Positions 36,870-47,100 of a stretch of DNA of 64,000 nt are shown in pieces; the first letter of the stretch is position 1; each line of letters starts with the position of its first letter. Made by a program: the position numbers and the translations under genes. The DNA is taken from the IMG/VR virus record IMGVR_UViG_3300028829_006673; one strand, 5' to 3'. Origin of the DNA: a virus. Below the pieces are notes generated by a model. That model worked only from the letters and a program-made list of their open reading frames with translations. It was not told where the DNA came from and made no database searches.

Positions 36870-39800
36870 ATGAGTTTTTTTGATACATGGAAAGCTAGTT
36901 ATTTTCCAGGAATAGATTCAACTTATGTATATGAAAATATATTTGCTACCACCAAAAATGCCATTTACTGGGTGGCAGAAGGTTTGGAAGAAGCGGGCTC
37001 AAAGTTTTTTGTTCCTCCTAATGATCCTCGTGGGATGTATGCTACTCCTGCCGGACCTCATGGTGAGATAAAATGGCAAGTTCAAACTAATAGAATTTGG
37101 ATAGACTTCACGGGAATGCCATATCATGATTTCGGCAATAGTGATCCAAGAAATGAATATTCTATAACCGAAGTTATCTATGGGGGTCCTGCTTTATTTG
37201 GTGAAGCACCTCTTAGATTTTTTCCATGGGGAATAGTCGGTGGTAGTGGTATTGGATCTCCCTTTGACGAAGTTTGGACGGAATTTAATCCAGCAGCAGG
37301 TGGTTCTATTGAAAATCCAATGCATCGACGGAAAGCTATTTATCCTCGCTCTTCAACGCCTCACGGGATGGACTTTGATGAATCTGGTCAGATTCCATTA
37401 GTACGATTTAACCGGGAAGCTACACACACATTTGATCATGGAAGTCATAAAACGTATGATTTTACGGCAACCGTATCTCAACCAAAATCAGTAGGAACAA
37501 TATACATTTTTGATGGTGCTTCAGATTATACTCCTACTCATACTATTCCCAATGTCAACTTATCTGACCTTACTCCTGGAAAAACTTTCACTGCTGGTGG
37601 TAAAACTTATACTTTAGGTAATGCAAGATACCATTATGAACTGAATGAAATTCTTGGTTCAAATGTTTTAAACAGTAATAATACTTATGCAGCTGGTTGG
37701 TTTGGACCGTTTGTTACACAACCTGTAGTACTTGCGGGTTATGAGATGAAGGTTGGTGGATCATCACCAGTTACACCATCAGGCCCTTATACTCCAATAG
37801 CAAGACCTAATCCATGTTGGGTTATAGAGTCAACACCACCAAGTGAGCAGATTTTTGGGAAATGTATAAATGATTTTTCTCCCGAAGAAGTGTCATCATC
37901 ATCAAAACAAGCTCACTGTCTAGTGACAGGTTCTGTCATGGGGTTAAAGATAAAGAGAATTTATGATGATTTTTTTAACTCATCAGATGCTTTTATTGAC
38001 GCATGGAATACTGCAGGTGGTTATTTTCCACTCGACGCAGGATATTCAAATGGAGATCAACTTGTTATTGTAGCTACCAACCATATTCAACAAGGACCTG
38101 TAAGAGTTTCTGTTGATATTTCAGGGGTAATGGTAGGAATAGTTTGGGATGATGGAACAAAAATAGGCGATATACCTATAGTAAAAGATGCGGCTATGAA
38201 TGGTATAACTGTCAGTATTATGACATACACTTGTCCTGGATCCCCAGGACCTTCACCTGGACCTTCACCTGGACCATCACCAGTAACACCTTCAGTAGTT
38301 CCATCAGCTACACAATCTCCAGCACCTTCTGTTAGTCCTGTAGGTCCAATTGCTCAACCTTCACCCGCCTCTTATCTCACAAGCGGTGGGTCTATCTTAT
38401 TACTACATTCAGATCAAAATCCACCAACATGCACTACTCCTACACCAGCAAATTTCTTTAATAATGGATTGGCAGCTTCGGGTACATCTAGGATGAATCA
38501 TGTCTTTTCGGCAGATATGCTTTCAAGTGTTGTATTGACAAATAATTCATACAATACAATCTTTTATTATCTAATGGATGCTGCACAGAATATTGAATAT
38601 CTAGGTTCAGTTACTTTCTATGTGGATCGTGATAAACCCATAGGTGGAATTACACATCCAAAGGGAGCAAATTGGCTTCCTCCATATACAGCAGAATGGT
38701 TAGGAAAAAATAAACCAGCACCATTTGATGGATCAATTAATGCTTGTGATGAACCTTCAACTGGTGGAGGAACAAATACAAATGTTCTTTATCCTCCACC
38801 AGCACCTGTTCCAACTTATGCGATCTCAGCTACGACAAATCATCCAAATCCTTTACATAACAATCTCATTCATGAAGGTTCTTTAGTTGCTACATTTAAC
38901 ATTACGACAACTGATGTGCCGGATGGTACTACATTATATTGGACTTCAGATAGTCCAACACATGCGCCCGCTTTAGTAAATGATTTTACCGATAATGCTC
39001 TTCAGGGTCCCGTCACAATTATTGGAAATAGTGCAGTAATTACAAGACAAGCCAAGGCGGATAATTTGACAGAAGGTTCTGAAGTGTTTCGACTTCATCT
39101 AAGAGTTGACAGTGTAACTGGATATATTGTAGCTACTTCAAATTATATTGGTATTTCAGATACTTCAAAAACAATATTACCACCACCACCCACTTATGCG
39201 ATTTCAGTAACAACAGATAAACCTGGGTATAATAAATCACTAAGTGAAGGAAGTTATAAAGCAACTTTTGTAGTGACCACAACTGATGTACCTGATGGAA
39301 CTATTCTTTATTGGAAAACATATACTTCATCAGCAGGTTTAACAAATGCTCAGGATTTTGCAGATAATGCTCTTCAAGGAACAGTCGTAATTAATGGAAA
39401 CTCAGGAACTATAATTCGTGAAGCTGTGGCAGATTCGATAACAGAAGGGCCGGAATCATTCCGCATAGATATTCATATAGACAGTTACACTGGTTTAATT
39501 GTTGCTCAGTCAGATTGGATTGGTATTGAGGATACTTCACAGACAGCACCTCCTCCACCACCGCCTACTTATTATATAGCAGGGGCTACGACACATAGTA
39601 CATATCCAAACACTGTAGTTGATGAAGCAACTGAGGCGTCTATCAGTTATACTGTAACAACAACAAATGTTCCTGATGGTACAATTTTATATTGGACTCA
39701 TGAACCTCGTGTTAATGCTCCTCAACCAGCAGACTTTAAAGATGGTATGGATCATGGCTCTGTCACAATCTCTGGTAATTCAGGTATTATCACAAGACAA

Positions 39801-39923
39801 ATTTTTGCTGATAATACTTTAGAAGGGCCAGAAGTTTTAAGATTAGAGTTAAGAACGGTCAGTGTTACCGGGTCAATCGTAGCAAGGTCAAACTTTATTG
39901 GTATTGCAGATACGTCATCATAA
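36870..39923 (+). CDS. Mosaic adhesin: unknown domain, PS-rich linker, partial Ig units, 3x Calx-beta-like domains (part 2 of chain A)
   Basis: SD AAGGA; (GPSP)n linker; TIFYYLMDAAQNI...VDRDKP; three ~120-aa repeats TTTDVPDGTxLYWT...TEGxExF. Confidence 0.75.
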   Translation: MSFFDTWKASYFPGIDSTYVYENIFATTKNAIYWVAEGLEEAGSKFFVPPNDPRGMYATPAGPHGEIKWQVQTNRIWIDFTGMPYHDFGNSDPRNEYSITEVIYGGPALFGEAPLRFFPWGIVGGSGIGSPFDEVWTEFNPAAGGSIENPMHRRKAIYPRSSTPHGMDFDESGQIPLVRFNREATHTFDHGSHKTYDFTATVSQPKSVGTIYIFDGASDYTPTHTIPNVNLSDLTPGKTFTAGGKTYTLGNARYHYELNEILGSNVLNSNNTYAAGWFGPFVTQPVVLAGYEMKVGGSSPVTPSGPYTPIARPNPCWVIESTPPSEQIFGKCINDFSPEEVSSSSKQAHCLVTGSVMGLKIKRIYDDFFNSSDAFIDAWNTAGGYFPLDAGYSNGDQLVIVATNHIQQGPVRVSVDISGVMVGIVWDDGTKIGDIPIVKDAAMNGITVSIMTYTCPGSPGPSPGPSPGPSPVTPSVVPSATQSPAPSVSPVGPIAQPSPASYLTSGGSILLLHSDQNPPTCTTPTPANFFNNGLAASGTSRMNHVFSADMLSSVVLTNNSYNTIFYYLMDAAQNIEYLGSVTFYVDRDKPIGGITHPKGANWLPPYTAEWLGKNKPAPFDGSINACDEPSTGGGTNTNVLYPPPAPVPTYAISATTNHPNPLHNNLIHEGSLVATFNITTTDVPDGTTLYWTSDSPTHAPALVNDFTDNALQGPVTIIGNSAVITRQAKADNLTEGSEVFRLHLRVDSVTGYIVATSNYIGISDTSKTILPPPPTYAISVTTDKPGYNKSLSEGSYKATFVVTTTDVPDGTILYWKTYTSSAGLTNAQDFADNALQGTVVINGNSGTIIREAVADSITEGPESFRIDIHIDSYTGLIVAQSDWIGIEDTSQTAPPPPPPTYYIAGATTHSTYPNTVVDEATEASISYTVTTTNVPDGTILYWTHEPRVNAPQPADFKDGMDHGSVTISGNSGIITRQIFADNTLEGPEVLRLELRTVSVTGSIVARSNFIGIADTSS
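38238..38283 (+). repeat. 12-bp tandem repeat (GGACCTTCACCT)n encoding GPSP
   Basis: ggatccccaggaccttcacctggaccttcacctggaccatcacca visible in the sequence. Confidence 0.85.
38792..39920 (+). repeat. Three tandem ~375-bp coding repeats (Calx-beta-like), each led by a poly-Pro linker
   Basis: PPPxPTYAI...TTTDVPDGT.LYW...DF.D....G.V.I.GNS..I.R...AD...EG.E.FR...IVA.S..IGI.DTS occurs three times. Confidence 0.9.
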
Positions 39924-39940
39924 GTTAGAAAGTAAAAAAT

Positions 39941-42900
39941 ATGCCACCAGCACCTTCACCTCCACCACCTCCACCTCCACCGACTCCACCGACTCCACCA
40001 TCTGGAGGATCAGGTAATGTTGGTGGAGGTGTTGGTGGAAATCCAAGAGGTTCGGGAATTTATCAAGAATGGTTTTACTACACACCACAGAGTACAGAAC
40101 CCGCACCTGTTTGGAGAGAAATAACAGATACTCAATGTATTACAATTGACCTTTCATCAAGGGGTGCTATCGCTGCAGATAATGATGCCCCTATCGGTCA
40201 AGAACCAAAAGATAGACCGAGTGATAGTTTTACCGCTCCCGATTCATATTTTCTTTATGCTCGGTTTATGGATAAATCAAAAAATATATCTGATTTATAC
40301 AATACATCCTTCAAGATTGATAATTTTGATCCATACACAATTGAAAGACCCCCTGGCAATCTCTTGCGAATCAACGCAGGAGGTCATGTCAAACCTGCTA
40401 AAATTTTGGATGATGAAATCTATGTCTTTCAAACAGTAACAGATGATCATTCTGGTGTTGTTTATTATACTCATGAAGTAAATGCTGGTAATTGGACGAA
40501 AGAAGTTCTTTCAACTGCTTATGTCAGTACTAAAGCAGCACCAGATAATGAGTATATGATTGATGAGTTAATTACAATTGGTAGTACACCGGGTGAATAT
40601 GAAGTAAAAATTCGTCCATATGACCAAGCTGAAAATTACGATGAAAATAAATTCACTGTTATAAGGTCAAGTCAAAGTATTATATGGCATAGTCTTTCAG
40701 GCGCTCGTTCAACCACATCTCCTTTTATTGTAGAAGGAACAATGAAAGTTGAAATCACGGGTTCTCCTGAATTGATTGCTGGATTTTACTGTACAACAGA
40801 TTTATATTTTCATCCACCAGATTCTTATTTCAACACATCTCATGCGACTCATCGCATATATGATATACCATTCACAATAATGGTGCCCGATATGGGCGTT
40901 GAACGAGCAATCATGCATATCTTCACAGACGGCTCACCGCATCGCTCCTACTCTCAAAAAGATTTTACATGGTCTAACTCAGGAAATCCAACATCCGGTG
41001 GTGGCGGCAACGGTAACATCTCCAGCGTAGATCCTCCGATAGTTGAAATCAAAGAAGCTACTCAGAGAGTATATACAAATTCATTGACAAACAATTGGGG
41101 AATTTTTGGAGATTCTGGTGCTATACATGTGAATGGTGGAAAAGACCGTATCACTGGATATATTGTAAATGAAAGTTCAGCAAGTCCGGGAACATCACCT
41201 GTCTATAATACAGCCACACAAAAGTTTGAAGATGCTGCTTCGATTGGTTGGAATTTATATGATACTGGTGCTGAAACATTTACTGAAGTTGAGAATTATA
41301 CATTTACGAATACTTCATATGGTTCAAAAACAATTTATCTTCATGTAGCTACACATTCTTATAATGGAACTGTTAACATTTCAGGTTCACCACAAACTCA
41401 AACATTTTCAGATTCATATACAATTGAATATATTGATGATCGAATTGGTCCTTGGATCACAGTCCTGAATACAACTGAAGATGATACAAGTATTACAGCG
41501 GCGGCTTCAAAAATGAATAGTTATGCTGATAGTTTATATAATCCAATTGAAGTCTTTAAAAGAATTGAAGTTCTCTCCACAGATAATATCTCAATGAGTG
41601 GAACTTTAACAGACAATGAAAGTCGTATCAAACGATACACAATTGGTACATATGGTTCACCTCCACCATATACAGAGTTAAATCCTGGACAATGGACTGT
41701 TCTATCAACACCAGCACCCACAACTAATTTTACATTTTCATCAACTCTAACACCACCAAATTCAATTAAGACCTTCTATATTTGGGCTGTTGATATTGTT
41801 GGTAATATATCAAAAACATTAGTTCAGTTTGAATTATATAATCCAAATTATATTGTTCCAACTATTGGTGCCGCAGGACAGGGTATTCCTTATAAGTTTG
41901 AAGGTAAACCAGATGAGCATCCTAATCGTGAATCAATTGCTTCAATGTTTGGTGATGGAACATTCCATACTGGAATGATTTCAAATCAAACTCCAAAAGT
42001 AAAAGCAAATCGTATTCATAAATTAAGTGAATATCGTGGATTGCGTGTAGCAAATACAGCAAATAATGATAGCTATGAATTTTTACCAAGTGCTGCAGAT
42101 CCGGCAAATCCACAAGCTCCTGGTGGTGAACCCATCAAGTTCTCAGATTTCCTTAACAAAAAACCAAGAATTGATGACATGGCAGTTGTGCCAACTGTAA
42201 TACCTCATAATGTTCAACATCCTTCAGAACCACTGTATGTTGGTGATATACGAAATATTTCACTCACAATGGATATTGATACAGGTAATGATCCTACTCC
42301 ATGGAAACTAGCAAATGATAATGTAGTGGATGATGATGCTACATGGAGTGCAGTCTTCATAGCACCAAACGCACCATCACAAGTTTCAATACCATTATCT
42401 GCTCCGGTCAATGGTGTGATTCAAAACTATACTTTTGCGAATGAAGGAACATATATCTTTACTGGACTGTCATCGTTTGGAGAAACTGCGGGTAAAGTAT
42501 TCATTATACTTCCTGCCGGTACACCAGTTCCACCCACGCAAGGTCCACCAATTAATGTTGTTGTTCCTATTACAACAGATCCCGCTGGTAAAACACCAGT
42601 GACAATTGATTACTTTATTGACCAAGTTGGTATCGGACTCGATGCCGCTATAGCAATTGACCGTTCAGGAAGTTATGTAAGTGACGATCCTTCTTATGAT
42701 GATTTTGCTGGAGCATTACTCGATTCACTTACAACAAATCAAAAAGTTCGTGTATTGCTCATTGAAAATGCTGTAACACCAAACCCTGATTATCCTAAGA
42801 ATCCTAGCGACCGATGGGCAGTAATCGCAATCTTTGAAAATATAGCGGGCGGTAGTGAAAAAACATCACTCATTGAAGCATTCCCTAATATGAAATACTT

Positions 42901-44089
42901 CCTTGATTATCCTTCACCGACAAGTGTTCCTGGTCAGGGTGGACTGAATATGTCAGTGAATGGCGGAACAGTAGGTGACTTGGCACACTTACTGACATTG
43001 CCAGGATCTGCTTCATTACTTCAAACGGGTACTGGTGACTATTCAGAACTTGCTCAATCAATCAGAGAAGGTTATGATGTTACGGAACCGAATGCTCATG
43101 GCTGGCAAAATATGAGTGGAAAAAATAATCGTTATTGGTATACAAAAGAGCATCATGCTGAAAAAACTATGCTCAAAGCTTTAGATGAGTTTTCTCGAAG
43201 TTCAAAAACGAATGCTGCTGATACACGATGGCGAGTAAGTTGGTATCCACTTGCAAGTTCAATTGGTGTTGACCATATTCAAGGTTGGTCCAATGTTGAA
43301 TCAAAAGTATTTGATGCGATTAATATCTATAAAGATTCAATGGGGCATTCTGATGAGCCAAAAATTCAAGCAGTAGCTGAACTTGCAAAAGGTATGGGTC
43401 TTTCTGCTTCTGAACTACCAGCATGGAGAAAAACAGCGGCTAAATTGATTTTACTGTTTTCTGATGAACAAGACGGTCCTGGTCAGAATTCTATAGGTTC
43501 CCCTTCACATTATAAAAATCCAGGAGATCCTGAATATTATATAAAACATTTGACTGTGCCTGGTGAAGAAATTGGTTTGATTGTGATGGATGGAGACCGT
43601 GATACAAGCTTTAAAGATCCTTCAGAACTTGCTTACAATGCAGGTAATGCTGTATACAAAAAAGATAATTTACAAGATGCGGTTGCTCTCACATCAAAGT
43701 ATGGTGGTTATCTTGGAAAATTGAGAATCACATCAACGGGCTCTGATATTTCAGATGAAGTAAAAAATGCTTTTGATAATTATAAAACTGGTGTTCGTTT
43801 TAATCTTCTATCATCAATTCAGAATCCACAGATTTTGACTTCAAACTTATCAGCAAATACGGATCCGGGTAATCATGCATCTGGTACAATGGTTCCAATA
43901 CCATATAATGATTTGATTCCTTATCCGAATGCTGCTACAACTTGGAGAAGAAGAGCCGTGTTCAATGCTGAACTTGATAATGCAGCTGTGAATTCTTTGG
44001 GGGTGTCTTATATCATATTATATGTTTCAGTATTGAATTCATCAGACATGGAAATCATGAGAAGAGAAGTGAGAATTCGTGTTACTTAA
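39941..44089 (+). CDS. Ig-repeat / von Willebrand A domain adhesin (part 3 of chain A), Pro-rich N-terminus
   Basis: Begins MPPAPSPPPPPPPPTPPTPPS; Ig-like units; HKLSEYRG/PIKFSDFL fibre motif; MIDAS-like AIDRSGS and LILLFSDE. Confidence 0.75.
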   Translation: MPPAPSPPPPPPPPTPPTPPSGGSGNVGGGVGGNPRGSGIYQEWFYYTPQSTEPAPVWREITDTQCITIDLSSRGAIAADNDAPIGQEPKDRPSDSFTAPDSYFLYARFMDKSKNISDLYNTSFKIDNFDPYTIERPPGNLLRINAGGHVKPAKILDDEIYVFQTVTDDHSGVVYYTHEVNAGNWTKEVLSTAYVSTKAAPDNEYMIDELITIGSTPGEYEVKIRPYDQAENYDENKFTVIRSSQSIIWHSLSGARSTTSPFIVEGTMKVEITGSPELIAGFYCTTDLYFHPPDSYFNTSHATHRIYDIPFTIMVPDMGVERAIMHIFTDGSPHRSYSQKDFTWSNSGNPTSGGGGNGNISSVDPPIVEIKEATQRVYTNSLTNNWGIFGDSGAIHVNGGKDRITGYIVNESSASPGTSPVYNTATQKFEDAASIGWNLYDTGAETFTEVENYTFTNTSYGSKTIYLHVATHSYNGTVNISGSPQTQTFSDSYTIEYIDDRIGPWITVLNTTEDDTSITAAASKMNSYADSLYNPIEVFKRIEVLSTDNISMSGTLTDNESRIKRYTIGTYGSPPPYTELNPGQWTVLSTPAPTTNFTFSSTLTPPNSIKTFYIWAVDIVGNISKTLVQFELYNPNYIVPTIGAAGQGIPYKFEGKPDEHPNRESIASMFGDGTFHTGMISNQTPKVKANRIHKLSEYRGLRVANTANNDSYEFLPSAADPANPQAPGGEPIKFSDFLNKKPRIDDMAVVPTVIPHNVQHPSEPLYVGDIRNISLTMDIDTGNDPTPWKLANDNVVDDDATWSAVFIAPNAPSQVSIPLSAPVNGVIQNYTFANEGTYIFTGLSSFGETAGKVFIILPAGTPVPPTQGPPINVVVPITTDPAGKTPVTIDYFIDQVGIGLDAAIAIDRSGSYVSDDPSYDDFAGALLDSLTTNQKVRVLLIENAVTPNPDYPKNPSDRWAVIAIFENIAGGSEKTSLIEAFPNMKYFLDYPSPTSVPGQGGLNMSVNGGTVGDLAHLLTLPGSASLLQTGTGDYSELAQSIREGYDVTEPNAHGWQNMSGKNNRYWYTKEHHAEKTMLKALDEFSRSSKTNAADTRWRVSWYPLASSIGVDHIQGWSNVESKVFDAINIYKDSMGHSDEPKIQAVAELAKGMGLSASELPAWRKTAAKLILLFSDEQDGPGQNSIGSPSHYKNPGDPEYYIKHLTVPGEEIGLIVMDGDRDTSFKDPSELAYNAGNAVYKKDNLQDAVALTSKYGGYLGKLRITSTGSDISDEVKNAFDNYKTGVRFNLLSSIQNPQILTSNLSANTDPGNHASGTMVPIPYNDLIPYPNAATTWRRRAVFNAELDNAAVNSLGVSYIILYVSVLNSSDMEIMRREVRIRVT

Positions 44090-44157
44090 AATAGAATAAC
44101 TAAATATGATTATAAAATCTTCTCAAAAAATCTATAAAAACATTTGAATAAAAAACT

Positions 44158-47100
44158 ATGGCAATTATTGGTAGCCTTTCTTTAAATAATACAGTGGTGT
44201 TGAATACAGCACCGCTCACGTATCAAGTTTGGTTGAATCTTGTTTGTTCATCAACAACAACTGAAATTACATCACTTGATGTTTATAATGATGGTATTTT
44301 AGCAGATACAATTAATATTCCCGTAACAACTCCACCAACAACTATATTGGGTAATGCGGTTACTCCTCATTTGGTTGGTGTCACAGCATCTGCTACAGGT
44401 TGGCATACTTATGAAGTAAATGTAAAAAATTCTTCCTTAGAATCTCGCAGATTTTCAGTTACTGTATATCTTGATTTATCAAGTCCTATTGTAAATGACT
44501 TTTCAATCAAGCAGATTTCAAAAAGTGGTGGTGATTATATTATTGAATTTGACATGGATATAGATGATGATTCTGGTATTTCAAAAATTATATTACATAA
44601 TGATACTAACGGTGATTCTTCAGTACAAACAATTCCAGTAGGTCTTACGAATTTTGTTGGTTCTCAGTCAATTCGTATGCCGAATATTCCATTTAATAAT
44701 AATACAACAAAAAACTTTTATATTGAAGTTCATGATTATTCTGGTAATTCAGTTGATAGTGCTTTGCTTCCAATTTATTTCACAGATCTTCCTCCATCAA
44801 TTAATAGTTTTAACATTACATCAATCTCTCAAACAGCAACTCATTATCAAATTGATACTCAGATCGTAGCTTCATTTACAGCACTACAACAATTGACACA
44901 ATATTCAGTCACATTTGAAAATCCAGCAGCAGATTGGGAAACACTTATTTCAGCAGTTTCACCAACAACAATTAATAAAACTCTGTTTGTACCAAAAACA
45001 GAACCTGCTGGTGTAAAAACTTTGACAGCATATGTTCAAGACAATTATCTCAATCAATCCTCGGCAGCAACAGTTTCATTTGATTTAGATAAATTACAGC
45101 CACTTGGTAATATTAATATGGATTTTGCTGAGAAGATTGGTTCTAATTACTATGCTAATTTACATTTCACTGCAACTGATGCTGGAAAAATAGCAGCCTA
45201 TTCATATAGCTTAGTTGGAGCATCTGCTCTTACTACATGGAATTCAGTCACGCCGACAACAAATTTTAGTTTAAAGAAGACTTTAAATTTAGGATCGTCT
45301 GGATCTTCAATGATTTATGTCAAGTATCGTGACTTTTCAGGAAATGAATCTCCTGTGTATCAAGAATTTATGGAGATTGATACATCACCACCTTCATGTA
45401 GTTTTTCATTTTCTCATGGTAAGCAAAGACCAGACCTTGATTATGAGGCATATTTTGATTTGATTGGTCAAGATATGAATCCTGGAGGAGCAATCAAGTT
45501 TATTCGTTTCTTTGGTGAAAATGCTAATACGGGTAATCTTGTTTCGGGTCATTCAAACAGTTGGGTTCAAGTCACAGAAACTCAAAACTTGATTGAACAA
45601 AGACCTTTGTTAATTCCCCAAACAGAACATGAAGATCCTATCGATTTTTATTATCAAGTAAGAGATCGCTTTGGAAATGAAAGCACGCCTGTAAATGTTC
45701 AAAGAGTACAATTTGATAAAACTTCTCCATCAATTAATACGTTCTCATATGTAGATGTTACAAAAGGAGCTACAGATTATCGTGTATTCACAGAGTTTGA
45801 GGCGGTTGATAATTTTGGTATAGCAGCATTTCGATATGCTTTTGACAATATAACTTTAGCACCGTGGATAGCTACAACAAGTACAACTCATCTTATACAG
45901 CAAATTTATCTTGATGTACCTGTAACTGACTTAAATGTTCCTAAAACTTTTATAGTTCAAGTAAGGGATGCTTTTGGTAATGAAAGTTTAGATTCAATAC
46001 TACCAGTTAACGTCAATGACGTTCCTCCGTCTGGTTCAATCAGTTTTGCTGGAGGCGCTCTTACAGCAACTGATTATATAATGACATTTCAATTAGATGC
46101 AATGGATCCTGATCCAACAGACAATGTATATTGGTATTCTCTTGAAGTTGATGATGTCACAATTATAAATTGGAAGCCATTTACAAATGCTAATAGTGTT
46201 GTTTCAGAGACAGTAAATTTATTATTACCCAGAACAAGTACCGGTCGGCATGATTTTTATGTGAGATATGCTGACAAATATAAAAATGAAAGTCCTGTAT
46301 ATAACATTCAATATGACCTTGACGCAATTTCAACAGTAGGTGGTCTTGATTTAGTCAATGTAGAAAAAACTGGACCTTCTTATACAGCAAATGTTGCTTT
46401 GTTTGCCGTTGATAATCGTAAAGTTCAATCTTATATAATTGAAGAAAGTGTAACAGCCACACCCACAGAATATGCAATTGTTCCTCCTGTTCAAATTTTT
46501 GATGAAAATGTTTTAATTCCAATTGGCTCAACTGCGGGATCAAGATGGGTGAAAGTTCAATACAAAGATAACTTTGATAATCTTTCAAATACATATCAAA
46601 TTGATTTTGATTTAGACACTACTTCACCAAACGCAAACATTTATTTTGCAAGTTCAACATCAAATCTGACACACATGTTCTTTAATTTTGATTTGAACAT
46701 GACAGATAATCATCAATTATATGAATACAAATTTTGGTCTTCAGAAGTTATTGAACCCACTGACTGGACAAGAATACCAAGAGCAAATACAGTAAGTATA
46801 AACACAACATTTTCAATACCAAAAGGAACAACAAATCCAGGTTTTTTCTGGAAAGTAAAAGATTTCTTTGGTAATGAATTTTATGATTCTGAAATCAAAA
46901 CAATTACTACAATGCCGCCCTCTTCAAAAATGGAAATAAGCTCGATAGTTTACAATCTGGGTGGAATAAATGTAGGTGTTGATTATGAATTACTTGCTTA
47001 TCCTGGCTCTGCTGTTGATAAATTTTTGATTGATGTAAACATGGGTATGGATTCATTTGAAATTGATGTATCACCTAATCAAGTAAATCCTACAGGAACC

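Noticed and set aside
36838-38378. Self-splicing group I/II intron explanation for the cassettes
   Set aside because: No recognisable P/Q/R/S or domain V elements, no homing endonuclease or maturase; the cassettes are almost fully protein-coding. RNA data would be needed to exclude it completely.
38792-39920. Possible CRISPR array or DGR template/variable repeat
   Set aside because: The repeats are ~375-bp diverged coding units with synonymous-type variation; no spacer structure, no adenine-specific pattern and no reverse transcriptase in the window.
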